A DNA stretch of 64,000 bases from an uncultured Gemmatimonadales bacterium (GCA_963851265.1 CAWKNZ010000010.1:151026-215025); one strand, 5' to 3'; shown: positions 20,495 to 30,779, numbered from the stretch's first letter. Program-made: numbers and translations. Notes: generated from the sequence alone by a model not told the origin.

Positions 20495-20537
20495 GGGGTT
20501 CTCCGCGGGTGGCGAGGCGGGCGTGGACGCGCGGGCG

Positions 20538-21869
20538 TCAGCGCAGCGTCTGCAGGTAGTGGACGACGGCGAGCAGGTCGTTAGGCGGCAGCGGCAGCGT
20601 CGGCATCCGGCTGCCCGGCTTGGCACCCTGCGCGTTCGCGACCCAGCCGGCGAGGTTGCCCGTCGTGTTCGGCAGGATCCCGCCGGCGATCGTCTCGCGC
20701 GAGGCGACGTGCGTGAGGTCGGGCCCGAGGCGGCCCAGCGCGTCGCTCCCGCGCACGGCGTGGCAGGCGCCGCAGTTGGCGAGGAACACCGCCTGGCCGG
20801 CCCGCGCCAGCGAGTCGCCGCCCGCGCTGGCGGCGGACGGCGCCACGACCGGAGACGGCGCGGGCACCGGGGGCCCGAAGCCGTGCACGGCGGCGCCGGT
20901 CGCGGTGGGCGGCGGCGCCGTGGCCGGCATCGATTCGCCGACGGGCTGGTTGGCGCGGCCGGTCGCCGCGCTCATGATCGCGGCCGGGACGAGGGCGGGC
21001 GCGGACTGCCGCTGCCCCTCCGCCCAGCGCTCGAACGCCGCCGGCGGATCGGCCACGACGTAGAGCGCCATCTTCGCGTGCTCCATCCCGCAGTACTCGG
21101 CGCACTGGCCGCGGTACCGCCCCGGGCGGTCCGCCTGGATCCACGTCTCGTTGCGCTGCCCGGGGATCAGGTCCGTCTTCCCCGCCAGCTCGGGAATCCA
21201 GAAGCTGTGGATCACGTCGGCCGTGCGCAGCCGGATGCGCACGGGCCGCCCCACCGGGATGTGCAGCTCGTTCGCCGTGGTGAAGGTGTGCTCGGGGAGC
21301 GAATCGCGATACTGCGCCTCCCACCACCACATGTGGCCCGTGACGTCGACGGTGATCGCGGGCGCGTCCGGCGGGCGGGCGGCGGCGCGGAGGGTCGCCG
21401 CCGTCGCGACGAAGGCGACGACGAGGATGACCACCGTTGCCGCGGTGCCCCAGTAGATCCACGGCAGCCCCTGGTCTCCACCGTGACGCTTCGCGTTGCC
21501 GTGCGTCGCCGCGGCGGCCTGGCCGCCGGATTGCGGCCCCGCGCTATCGTCGACCGCGAGCGCGTGGCGCATCGACGGGCGCTCCCGCGCGCCCTCCCCC
21601 GCGTCGGGGCGGCGCCGGAAGATCGCCACGAGCAGGACCGCGGCGGTCGCCACGACCACCGCGACCGAGATCCCCGTCAACCACCACCCGAGCGTCGCCT
21701 CGACCTCGGCGGCCGGGCCCGACGGACGCATGTAGCTCGGCGAGGCCGCGTTGCCGCAGGCCGCGAGGGTGAGGATGCCTAACGCTGCGACGAGGGCGGG
21801 TGCCCGCCGTGCCGCGCCGGTCGTCCCCGCCGCCGCCACGCGGGCGGCGCGGCGCTCACTGGTCAGCAT
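20538..21869 (-). CDS. coxB: Cytochrome c oxidase subunit II with C-terminal cytochrome c (caa3 type)
   Basis: GHMWWWE, DVIHSFWIP, CAEYCGMEHAKM CuA ligands, CGACH heme c. Confidence 0.95.
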   Translation of the reverse strand: MLTSERRAARVAAAGTTGAARRAPALVAALGILTLAACGNAASPSYMRPSGPAAEVEATLGWWLTGISVAVVVATAAVLLVAIFRRRPDAGEGARERPSMRHALAVDDSAGPQSGGQAAAATHGNAKRHGGDQGLPWIYWGTAATVVILVVAFVATAATLRAAARPPDAPAITVDVTGHMWWWEAQYRDSLPEHTFTTANELHIPVGRPVRIRLRTADVIHSFWIPELAGKTDLIPGQRNETWIQADRPGRYRGQCAEYCGMEHAKMALYVVADPPAAFERWAEGQRQSAPALVPAAIMSAATGRANQPVGESMPATAPPPTATGAAVHGFGPPVPAPSPVVAPSAASAGGDSLARAGQAVFLANCGACHAVRGSDALGRLGPDLTHVASRETIAGGILPNTTGNLAGWVANAQGAKPGSRMPTLPLPPNDLLAVVHYLQTLR

Positions 21870-22479
21870 TCTGCGCCCCGCGCAGCGTGCGTGCGCCGGT
21901 CGTATCCTCGTCCCCCAGGTCGCCCTGCTTGCCGCGGTCCGCGAGCGGCGCGGGGAACGTGCCGTGGAACGACTCGATGTACGTCACGAGCTTCCATAGC
22001 TGCTCGGGCGGGAGCGCGCGCCCCCAGGCCGGCATCCCCTGCGGCCGCCCCTCCCAGAGCGTCTTGTAGATCTCGGCGGGCGAGCCGCCGTACCGCCAGG
22101 ACCGGTCGCGCAGGTTGGGACCCATGCCGCCGCGCAGGTCGTAACCGTGGCAGTCGGCGCAGTTCATCCGCTGGTAGAGCTCCCCGCCCTCGCGCGCGGC
22201 CGCGGAGTCGCCCTCGTACGGGTTGCGGATGGTGCTGGCGAGCGTGTTCGGCGTCGCGCCCGCCCAGTCGCCCAGCGGAACGCGGGCGAGCGTTCCCTCG
22301 TCGGGGATCGTGTTCGTGCCGCGCCCGGCACCGCGGATCTCCTGCTCGTGGCCGGCGTCGGCGCACGCCGCGAACGCGGCGGCGGTGGCGCAGAGGGCGA
22401 GTAGCGCGGCGGCACGCGCCGCCGTTGGGCGCATCGCGGTGGGGCGGCTCGTCGTGGGACGCATCGTCGTGGCGCGCAT
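21856..22479 (-). CDS. Monoheme cytochrome c lipoprotein (XoxG/cytochrome cL-like partner)
   Basis: AFAAC lipobox, NPYEGD, NCADCHG..GGMGPNL.D..W.YGG, GMPAWG; start approximate. Confidence 0.85.
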   Translation of the reverse strand: MRATTMRPTTSRPTAMRPTAARAAALLALCATAAAFAACADAGHEQEIRGAGRGTNTIPDEGTLARVPLGDWAGATPNTLASTIRNPYEGDSAAAREGGELYQRMNCADCHGYDLRGGMGPNLRDRSWRYGGSPAEIYKTLWEGRPQGMPAWGRALPPEQLWKLVTYIESFHGTFPAPLADRGKQGDLGDEDTTGARTLRGAQNADQ

Positions 22480-22487
22480 CGTCGTGC

Positions 22488-24437
22488 TCACCGGTGGCCT
22501 GTCCCCGAGCCCGGCGGGCTTCCCGTGGCGCCCCCCTGCTGCTGGTTGGGCAGCGAGGGGACCGCGGGGACGTTCTCGGGGAGCGTGTAGACGTACAGCG
22601 TCCCGCCGCGCGGCGGGAAGCCCTTCTCGGCCTGCAGCGTCATCGCGAAGCCGCCGACGCCGCTCATCACCGCCACGTACTGGTGCCCGTCGGGGCCGCG
22701 GTAGGTCATCGGCGGGCTGTGGATGCCGCTGCCTAACTTCTGCGACCAGAGCACCTGTCCGGTGCGCGCACTCACCGCCCGGAACCAGCCGTCGGTGGTG
22801 CCGTAGAAGACCAGGTCGCTGGCCGTGACCATCGGCCCGCCGGCGACGTAGAGGTGCTCGGGGATCGCCCACGCGCGCTTGCCCGCGGCCGCGTCCCAGG
22901 CGATCAGCTCGCCGTAGTTCCCCCCCGGCCCCGGGTGGCGCGTCATGTCGGCGCCCCAGTACGGCGTGCCGGCGATGTAGCTGACCTCGCGCCCGCGGTA
23001 GTCCATGCAGGCGTTGTTGACCGACGCGTAGTACCAGCCCGTGCGCGGCGAGTACGCCGCGGGCTGCCAGTTGGATACGCCGATGTCGGGCGGGCAGATG
23101 TTGCGCACCCAGCGCCCCGGCGGGATCGTCTGCTTGTCCGCGTTGACGATCGGTTGCATGGTCTTGGGGTCGATCCCGCTCGACCAGTTCTCGTAGCCGA
23201 ACGGCTTGGCGACCAGCACCTCTCCCGTCTCGCGGTCGATCGTGTAGGCGTACCCGTTCCGGTTGAACTGGACCAGCGTCTTGCGCGTGCGCCCGTTCAC
23301 CGGGATGTCGGCGAGCACGTTCCAGTTCACGCCGTCGTAGTCCCACTGGTTGTTAGGCGTGAACTGGAAGGCCCAGCGCGCGTACCCCGTGTTGGCGTCG
23401 CGCCCGAACACCGCGCTCGTGAACAGGTTGAGCCCGGGCCGCTGGTCGGCGTTCCACGGTCCGGGGTTGCTCGTGCCGTTGTAGACGAGGTTGAGGTCGG
23501 GGTCGTACGAAATCCACCCCCAGACCGCGCCGGCGCCGTGCTTCCACGCGTCGGCGGGCCAGGTCCGGGCGCCCATGTCCTTGCCCTTGAGCCAGCTGTA
23601 GAACGGCTTGTAAGTGTCGTTGATGCGCACGAGCGAGTCGGGGCCGGTGCTGAAGGCGCGCCAGAGCTCCTTGCCCGTGTGTACGTCGAGCGCGGCCATC
23701 CAGCCGTGCGCGCCCATCTCGCCTCCGGAGTTGCCGACGTAGACCTTGTCGCCGACGACGAGCGGCGCCATGGTCATCGTGACGCCGTCCTCCACGTTCG
23801 CCATCTTCGTGCGCCACACCTCCTTCCCCGTCGCGGTGTCGACGGCAACCGTGTGGTCGTCGAGGAGGTTGTAGATCAACTTCCCGTCGGCGATCATCGC
23901 GCCACGCGTCACCGCGTCGCAGCACGCCTTTCCGATCGCGGCCGGCGAGGGGTTGGGCTTGAAGGTCCACTTGAGTGCCGGCGCGCCGGGCGTCGTGAGG
24001 TCGAGCGCGTACGCGTTGCTCGGAAAGGGCGCGACGACGTACATCGTATTCCCGGCGACGAGCGGCGCGGCCTCGTGCCCGTGCCGGACCGCGGTCGAGA
24101 ACGAGAAGGCGAGCTTGAGCCGCCCCACGTTGGCGGGCGTGATCTCGGTCAGCGGGCTGTAGCGCGTCATCCCGTAGTCGCGCCCGGTGGTCAGCCAGTT
24201 GCCGTCGGTCGTGCCCGGCGGGTACCACCGGGCGGCGCGCTCGAGCATGGCCGGGTTGGCGACGGCGTTCGCGCCCCCGGGGGCCGCGGCGCCCGGCGCA
24301 GCGTTAGGCGCGGCGTCGGGCCGGAGGGTGCCGGCGGCGAGGCCGCGGTCGTCGCGCTTGCCGCAGGCGGCCGCGAGCGTGAGGGCGCCCGCGGCGAGGG
24401 CGGTACGGGTGCGGGAGGAGCACGTCGAGTGAGGCAT
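22488..24437 (-). CDS. PQQ-dependent alcohol dehydrogenase, methanol/ethanol family, D-Y-D (lanthanide-type) motif
   Basis: TRYSPL.EI, ACCDAVTRG vicinal Cys, GNSGGEMG, WGWISYDP, WDYDGVN; LAAAC lipobox. Confidence 0.93.
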   Translation of the reverse strand: MPHSTCSSRTRTALAAGALTLAAACGKRDDRGLAAGTLRPDAAPNAAPGAAAPGGANAVANPAMLERAARWYPPGTTDGNWLTTGRDYGMTRYSPLTEITPANVGRLKLAFSFSTAVRHGHEAAPLVAGNTMYVVAPFPSNAYALDLTTPGAPALKWTFKPNPSPAAIGKACCDAVTRGAMIADGKLIYNLLDDHTVAVDTATGKEVWRTKMANVEDGVTMTMAPLVVGDKVYVGNSGGEMGAHGWMAALDVHTGKELWRAFSTGPDSLVRINDTYKPFYSWLKGKDMGARTWPADAWKHGAGAVWGWISYDPDLNLVYNGTSNPGPWNADQRPGLNLFTSAVFGRDANTGYARWAFQFTPNNQWDYDGVNWNVLADIPVNGRTRKTLVQFNRNGYAYTIDRETGEVLVAKPFGYENWSSGIDPKTMQPIVNADKQTIPPGRWVRNICPPDIGVSNWQPAAYSPRTGWYYASVNNACMDYRGREVSYIAGTPYWGADMTRHPGPGGNYGELIAWDAAAGKRAWAIPEHLYVAGGPMVTASDLVFYGTTDGWFRAVSARTGQVLWSQKLGSGIHSPPMTYRGPDGHQYVAVMSGVGGFAMTLQAEKGFPPRGGTLYVYTLPENVPAVPSLPNQQQGGATGSPPGSGTGHR

Positions 24438-24493
24438 CACCACGGATCGGGGCACGGCGGAACAGGGCGCAGGGCGCGGACGCGGCGTGGCGG

Positions 24494-25504
24494 TCACGGC
24501 CGTGCGGGGAGCGGGACGATGTAGAGCGCGTTCTGCTGCATCGACGACACGGCGAGCCGGCCGCGGCGCGTGTCGACGGCGATCCCGGCCGGCGAGGTCA
24601 GGCCCGTGAGCACGGGCACGAGCGGCTCGCCGACGCGGAAGCGATACACGGCCCGCGCATCCCAACTCGACACGAACCAGCCGCCCCCCGGGGCGGGGCG
24701 CAGCCCGTCGACGCGACCGCCCGGGAGGCGGACGACGACGACCTTGCCGCTGTCCGCCGGGCCGACGCGCTCGAGCACGCTGTCGCCGAAGGTCGTCACG
24801 AGGGCGCGCCCGTCGGGCCACGCGGCGACGCCGTCCGGCCGCCCGAGGGCGAGCCCGCGCGCTACCACGTGGACGGTTCCCCCCGGTCGGCCCGGGACGA
24901 TGCGGTAGACGGCGTCCAGGTCCTGGGACGTGTCGGCCCGGACGGCGCCGTGCGCGCCGGGGTGCCGGTCGGGGCCGGTGTCGGTGACCCAGAGCGAGCC
25001 GTCGTCGGCGTAGACGACGTCGTTGAGTCGGAGCCCCGGAGTCGGGACGACGCCGATCGGGCGCCCCGTCCGGCGGTCGAAGAAGCGCACGGCGGCGAGG
25101 TCGCACACGGCCAGCGTGTCGCCGCGGATGGCGAGCCCCATCGGGGCGTCGAGTCGGACGCCCCCTCGGCCGCCGCGAATCCACGCGCGGTCGAGCACCC
25201 GCCCATCCGGCGCGACGCGGCTGACGTATCCGTTGTCGTCGCGCGCCGTCGGACTGCCGTTCACGTTCGCGACCAGGTAGACGTCGGCCGTCGAGTCGTA
25301 GACGAGGTTTTCGGGCCCGCGGAAGCCGACGCCGCGCACGACCGTCGTGTCGCCGCGTCCCCGCCGCCCGTCCGGCCATGCGCGCGCGGGCGCCCGGCCC
25401 GCGGTCGCGGCGAGGACGACCGCGGGAAGCAGGAGCGCGAGTTCGCGTCGCCGCGCGTGCGGGCCGGACGCGGGCGGGCGCACGGGGGCGTCGGGGCGCG
25501 TCAC
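24494..25504 (-). CDS. SMP-30/gluconolactonase-like beta-propeller protein
   Basis: GFRGPEN, YLVANVNG...D.NGYVSRV.PDG, LDAPMG, LNDV; GTG overlaps the upstream stop. Confidence 0.75.
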   Translation of the reverse strand: MTRPDAPVRPPASGPHARRRELALLLPAVVLAATAGRAPARAWPDGRRGRGDTTVVRGVGFRGPENLVYDSTADVYLVANVNGSPTARDDNGYVSRVAPDGRVLDRAWIRGGRGGVRLDAPMGLAIRGDTLAVCDLAAVRFFDRRTGRPIGVVPTPGLRLNDVVYADDGSLWVTDTGPDRHPGAHGAVRADTSQDLDAVYRIVPGRPGGTVHVVARGLALGRPDGVAAWPDGRALVTTFGDSVLERVGPADSGKVVVVRLPGGRVDGLRPAPGGGWFVSSWDARAVYRFRVGEPLVPVLTGLTSPAGIAVDTRRGRLAVSSMQQNALYIVPLPARP

Positions 25505-26277
25505 GGGCCGGTGCTCGCGATGGGCAGCGAAAGCCCCGCGAGGAGCGTGAGCGGGTGCGCCGCGTCGAGATAGCGCCGTTCGCCGCGGGGCACCTCGTCG
25601 CCCGCACGCGGCAGCCCGGTCGCCACGTAATCCAGCAGCACCGTGACGGCCACCCCGTGCGCCCACGTCGCGCGCGCGAGCCGCGCGAACGGGTAGGCGT
25701 CGGTGACCAGATCGAGCTCGAGCTTGTGCGTGTACGAGCTGCGATCGTCAGGCCGCTGCGCAGGACCGTACAGGTCGCCGACGTGGGCGCTCAGGTCGAA
25801 CCACCCCGCGGCATCGGCGGTCCGGACGAGCGCCCCGGTGGCGACGAGCGTAACGGTCGGCGAGTTCGCGTGGAGGTACGTCGAGCCGACCTCGCTCGCC
25901 GTGTAGCGCGTGAACGGGTTACCCTGCTCGGTCGCGTTCGGCGTCCACTGCACGCTCCCCAGGAGCCCGACGCGGGGAATCGGCGTCTGCACGGTCCCGA
26001 CGAGCGTCAGCTGCAGGTTGCTCTCGGGCGGGAGCCGGCGCACGCTGCCGTCGCTCAGCCGCTCGACGCGGGGCGCGCCGGCGATCGGCGACCGGTTGAG
26101 CGCGGGAAAGAAGGTGAGCGCCGGCGAGCAGAGGACGTGGCACGGCGCCGCCGGTGCCTGGGCGGCGACCGGTGCGGCGACCGGCACGGCGAGTGCCGTT
26201 AGGCAACGGGCGGCGGCCGACCGCCCCGCGTCCCGCGCGCGCGGGACGGCCGCCGCGCGGCCCACCCGCCTCGCCAT
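25501..26277 (-). CDS. Exported hypothetical protein
   Basis: Signal-like N-terminus, C-x3-C, coupled to the operon by a GTGA overlap. Confidence 0.6.
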   Translation of the reverse strand: MARRVGRAAAVPRARDAGRSAAARCLTALAVPVAAPVAAQAPAAPCHVLCSPALTFFPALNRSPIAGAPRVERLSDGSVRRLPPESNLQLTLVGTVQTPIPRVGLLGSVQWTPNATEQGNPFTRYTASEVGSTYLHANSPTVTLVATGALVRTADAAGWFDLSAHVGDLYGPAQRPDDRSSYTHKLELDLVTDAYPFARLARATWAHGVAVTVLLDYVATGLPRAGDEVPRGERRYLDAAHPLTLLAGLSLPIASTGP

Positions 26278-26340
26278 CCGCCCGAACACCCCGTGACGCA
26301 CGTGTCCTCCCGCCCGCCATGACCGCAGCAGGCTCCGCCG

Positions 26341-26400
26341 GAGTACAAATGAGTACGTACAGAATTGTACGTACAGGGTCGTACACGCGTGTAATTACGG
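26341..26400. promoter_or_regulatory. AT-rich GTAC-repeat region between the PQQ/oxidase operon and a divergent Crp/Fnr gene
   Basis: gagtacaaatgagtacgtacagaattgtacgtacagggtcgtacacgcgtgtaattac; palindrome TGTACGTACA 26366-26375. Confidence 0.55.
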
Positions 26401-26522
26401 CGTGAGCGCGGTGGCGTGCAAGTCCCGGGCGCGGGGGCCCACGCCGTGCGCGCCACGGCCTTGGGATATCTTTGTGCGACCGCGCCCGGCACCGCCGGTC
26501 GTGCCACGCGCAGCCTCCGCCC

Positions 26523-27308
26523 ATGCCTCCGTCCCGCTCCGCCGCCCGCCCGCCCGCTGCCGGAACGCCTCGCGCACGCGGGGCCGCTCCGGCGCGCACC
26601 GCCACTCGGGGTGACGAACGCAATCGACTCCTGGCTCGCCTGCCCAGCGCCGAGTACGCCCGCCTGGCGGCGCACCTCGCGCCCGTGACCTTCCCCGCGC
26701 GCCATGTCGTGTACGAGCCGGGGGCACCGATCACGCACGTCTACTTCCCGCAGGCCGGGATGTTCTCCCTGGTCCTGCCGCTCGCCGACGGCGGCACGGT
26801 CGAGGTCGGGATGGTCGGCCGCGAGGGCATGGCCGGCATCCCGGCCGTGCTCGGGGTCGACGCGCCGGCCATCCGCTGCATCGTGCAGCTCGAGGTGCGC
26901 GCGCAGGCCCTGCGCGTCCCGGTGCTGCGCCGCCTGTCGCGCGGCGACGCCGCGCTCCACGTCCTCCTCAAGCGGTACGTCCAGACACACATGGACCAGA
27001 TCGCCCAGGGGGCGGCGTGCAACCGGCGGCACACGCTCGAGCGCCGCTGCGCGCGCTGGCTGCTCATGAGCCACGACCGCGCCGAGGCCGACGCGTTTCC
27101 GCTCACGCAGGAGTTCCTCGCCTACATGCTCGGCGTGCACCGCCCCGCCGTCGTCACGGCGTTAGGCGTCCTCCGGAACGCGGGGCTGGTCGAGTCGTCG
27201 CACGAGCGCGGGGGCGGAATCCGCATCCTGGACCGCCCCGGGCTGGAGCGCGCGGCGTGCGAGTGCTACGCCGCGATCCGCCGGCGGTTCGACGCGGTGT
27301 TCGCGTGA
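26523..27308 (+). CDS. Crp/Fnr family transcriptional regulator
   Basis: NRLLARLP, VYFP..G..S, EVGMVGREG, ACNRRH.LERRCARWLL, LTQEFLAYMLGVHR, ACECY. Confidence 0.93.
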   Translation: MPPSRSAARPPAAGTPRARGAAPARTATRGDERNRLLARLPSAEYARLAAHLAPVTFPARHVVYEPGAPITHVYFPQAGMFSLVLPLADGGTVEVGMVGREGMAGIPAVLGVDAPAIRCIVQLEVRAQALRVPVLRRLSRGDAALHVLLKRYVQTHMDQIAQGAACNRRHTLERRCARWLLMSHDRAEADAFPLTQEFLAYMLGVHRPAVVTALGVLRNAGLVESSHERGGGIRILDRPGLERAACECYAAIRRRFDAVFA

Positions 27309-27374
27309 GGGAGCGGACGACGCGCGACGCGGCCGCGACGCGGTCGGAACCGACGTGAGCGCGGGTCGCGCCCG

Positions 27375-28259
27375 CTAAGGAGTGCTCAGCGGGTGCTTGC
27401 TCTGCTCGTAGAAGTCGTGCTGCAGCCGCAGACTCTCCCGGTCGGCCTTGACGGCGCGGATCGACTGCACGATGGCCGTGATCCACGTCTTCGCCTCGAA
27501 CGCGCCGAGCTCGCGCGACGCGACGGCGCCCTCACCGGCGTAGTGGTTCGGGAATCGCGCGTACCACCAGATGCCGGTGTACAGGCCGTCCGGCAGTTGG
27601 ACGCGCGCCTGATCGGCCCCCGATTCCTGCGACGCCCGCTCGAGATGGACGAGGTCGGGGCGCGCGATCATCGTCATCGAGGTCTCGCTCTCGCCGGCGT
27701 GCATGTCCGTGGCCGGATTCGACCGGTGCTTCGGCTCGCCGGGTCCGCTCCGCGCCAGGCCCTGCACGTACACGACGTACTCGTGTGGCGCCTCGAGCTG
27801 CGTCTGCGCGAAGTACGGCAGCAGGCTGGTGTTGCCCCCGTGGCCGTTCACGACGATGATCTTCTGGCAGCCATTGCGGGCCATCTCGTCCGTCGTCTCC
27901 TGCAACAGCTGGAGCTGGAGCCCGCGACTGTACGCGACCGTTCCGGGCTCGTGCTTCGCCTCGAAGATCTGGCCGAAGTAGTACTCGGGGAACACGACCG
28001 CGTACTCCTGCTCGGCTGCGTGGAGTGCGGCGTACCGCACGTTGAGCAGGTCGTTGCCGAGGGGGAGATGCGGCCCGTGCTTCTCGAGAATGCCGAACGG
28101 GAGCAAGCACGTGCCGCCTGCGCGCGTGATCGCCTGACGGAAGTCGGCGGCCGTCAGCTCCTCCCAGTGTACCGAGAGCCGATCCGGCGCCGCGGGGGCC
28201 TGCGCCCCGGCGGTCGACGCGAAGAGTGCCGCGATGGTCAGCCATGACGCCGTGCGCAC
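27375..28259 (-). CDS. Creatininase (creatinine amidohydrolase) family protein, exported
   Basis: LPFGILEKHGPHLPLGND, NGHGGN, HAGESETS. Confidence 0.9.
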   Translation of the reverse strand: MRTASWLTIAALFASTAGAQAPAAPDRLSVHWEELTAADFRQAITRAGGTCLLPFGILEKHGPHLPLGNDLLNVRYAALHAAEQEYAVVFPEYYFGQIFEAKHEPGTVAYSRGLQLQLLQETTDEMARNGCQKIIVVNGHGGNTSLLPYFAQTQLEAPHEYVVYVQGLARSGPGEPKHRSNPATDMHAGESETSMTMIARPDLVHLERASQESGADQARVQLPDGLYTGIWWYARFPNHYAGEGAVASRELGAFEAKTWITAIVQSIRAVKADRESLRLQHDFYEQSKHPLSTP

Positions 28260-28340
28260 GTATCCTCCGTTGCTGGTGTGGGGCGGAGTGTAGCGCGCGG
28301 GCGGACCGGTGCCAGGGGTCGCGCCGGCGGCGGGAATCCG

Positions 28341-28751
28341 TTAGGCGACCGGCCCGGCGCGACGCGACTCCTCCACCACGGCGATCGCGTCGACCGAGAA
28401 CAGGAGCCCCCGCGGGAGCGCGATGACCGGCGTGGACCGAACGGGCGGGCTCTCAGGAAAGCATTCGGCGAACAGCGCGTTCAACGTGCCGAACGCCCCG
28501 GGATCTGCCACGTAGCACGTCACCTTCACGACGCGCTCCATCCGGCTCCCCGCGTCCTCGAGCACCGCGCGCAGATTGGCGAACGCCTGCCGCGCCTGCG
28601 CCTCGAAGGTTTCACCCGCCACCTGCCCCGTCGCCGGATCGATCCCCGGCTGTCCGGCGGTGAACACGAGGTCCCCCACGCGCACGGCCTGCGAGTAGGG
28701 CCCGATACGCGGCACGCGCGCACTCTCGACGACTTCGTCCGGCAACGCCAC
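28341..28751 (-). CDS. RidA/YjgF family protein
   Basis: IGPYSQAV, VFTAGQ, PPVRST, LP.G; start approximate. Confidence 0.9.
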   Translation of the reverse strand: MALPDEVVESARVPRIGPYSQAVRVGDLVFTAGQPGIDPATGQVAGETFEAQARQAFANLRAVLEDAGSRMERVVKVTCYVADPGAFGTLNALFAECFPESPPVRSTPVIALPRGLLFSVDAIAVVEESRRAGPVA

Positions 28752-28954
28752 TGGGTTTCCTCGTGAGGGTGAGAACGACCATCGCGCGTCGGACGGTAGC
28801 ATCAGCACCGGCGCGCGGGATCGGCCAGGCCGATGTCGGCGCGCCCGGCCCGCACGCGGCAACGCCGGAGGGGCATTGTCAGGATCCATGCTCTCGCGTT
28901 CGCCGCTTGCTCGCGGCCCGGAGCCGCGCACGATGATTGCTTGGCCGCCCACTC

Positions 28955-30779
28955 ATGCGCGCCAAACGGTCGCCGCCGACCCTCCGTAACGAGAAAACGC
29001 CGGTCCCGGCTGCCGCGCGCGCCTTGGGCCAGGTCGCCGCCCCGTCCGCCGCCCGAACCGCACCAGACGACTCGATCGGGAGCACCGGCACCGACGACCC
29101 GACGGCGGACGTGCCGTCCCTGCCGCGTCTCGCGCTGCTCGATGCGGCGATCCGTCAGACTCGCGACGCGATCGTGATCACCACGGCCGATCTCGACCCG
29201 CCCGGACCGACGATCGTCTTCGTCAACCCCGCGTTCTGTGCCATGACGGGGTACGCCTCCGACGCGCTGCTCGGGCGCTCCCCCCGCATCCTGCAAGGGC
29301 CGGAGACCGACCGCAGCGTGCTGGATGCGCTCCGCGCGGCGCTTGCCGCCGCCGCCCCGTGGACCGGCGAGACGGTCAACTATCGCTCGGACGGCCGCTC
29401 GTACCGCGTGCATTGGCAGATCACCCCCGTGCACGCGGCCGGCGCGGGCCCTGCCTTCGGGCCGGCGTCCGCGGCGCCGGGCACCGGCCCGATCACGCAT
29501 TTCGTCGCTGTCCAGCACGATGTCACGGAGCGGCGCGCACTCGAGGCGCGCGTGCGGACGACCGGCACGCTCGAGGCACTCGGGCGCCTCGCCGGCGGGG
29601 TCGCGCACGACTTCAACAATCTGCTCACCGTCATCGCGGGCGGGACCGAGTTCGCGCTCGACCTCCTGGGCCCCGACCACCCCGCGCGCGCCGAGCTGGC
29701 CGACGTGCAGACTGCGACCCGGCGCGCCGCGGCCCTCACGCGCCAGCTGCTCGCCTTCGGCCGCCGGCAGGCATTCGTGCCGGCGCCGCTCGACGTCAAC
29801 GCGGCGGTCGCGGCGGTCGAGCCGATGCTCGCCCGGATCGTCGGCCCCGGGATCGCGGTGGTGGTGGAGCTCGCAGCGTCGAGGGCGCTGGCGCGCGTCG
29901 ACGCCGCGCAGCTCGACCAGGTGCTCGTCAATCTCGCGGCGAATGCGCGTGATGCGATGCCCGGCGGCGGCCTGCTCACCATCGCGACGGCCGCTGCCGT
30001 CGCGCCCGAGGACGCGTCGGGTGGAGCGAAGGACGCGGGTTCGACCGCCGCGGACGCCCGAACGTCGTACGTGCGTCTCACCGTGGCCGACACGGGCCAC
30101 GGCATGGACGCCGCGACCCAGGCGCGGCTCTTCGAGCCCTTCTTCACGACCAAGCCGGCAGGCCGCGGCACGGGGCTCGGCCTCGCGACCGTGTACGGCA
30201 TCGTCGCCCAGAGCGGCGGGCACGTGCGCGTGGAGAGCGCGCCGGACCGGGGCACGACGGTCCACGTGTATCTGCCGTCGGCGGTCGGTGATGCGGCGGC
30301 CGCCGCCGCGGCGGACTCCCCGGCAGCGGCATGAGACCGACGATCCGCGTGGGTCGGAGCTCGTCCTCGTCGTCGAAGACGAGCGGCTGGTGCGCGCGGC
30401 GCTCCAACGGCTGCTCGAGTCGCGCGGCTACTCGGTGCTCGCCGCGCGGCACGGCGAGGACGCGCTCCGGCTGTATGCGGCACACGGCGGCGCGGCGGGC
30501 CGGATCGCGCTCGTGCTCACGGACGTCGTGATGCCCGCCGTGGACGGCCCGACGCTGGTAGCGCGCCTGCGGGCGGTCCGGCCGCGGCAGAAGGTGGTAT
30601 ACCTGTCGGGATACGCCGCCACGGGTCCGCGCGCCGAGGGGCTGGGAGGGGGGTTGGACGGCGTGACCGTCATGCGGGACGCGGTCACGGCCGTCGTCGA
30701 GAAGCCGTTCGCCGCGGCCGCCCTCGCGCGCGCCGTGCGCGAACTGCTCGACCGCGCCGACGCATCGGAGGGGGCGTGA
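28955..30779 (+). pseudogene. LOV-like PAS hybrid histidine kinase, with the receiver domain in a shifted frame near 30300-30334
   Basis: GRSPRILQGPET PAS; GRLAGGVAHDFNNLL H-box; FEPFFTTK..GTGLGL; receiver VLVVEDE...LTDVVMP in another frame without its own start. May be a sequencing indel. Confidence 0.72.

Noticed and set aside
11908..20584. Long antisense or alternate-frame ORFs (e.g. 11908-14061, 15265-17589, 17870-20584)
   Set aside because: Typical stop-poor shadow frames of high-GC genes; low-complexity R/A/G/P content with no motifs
22488..25607. 1039-aa PQQ dehydrogenase with a giant N-terminal domain
   Set aside because: The upstream part is an Arg-rich shadow of the lactonase-like gene; the signal peptide begins at 24437
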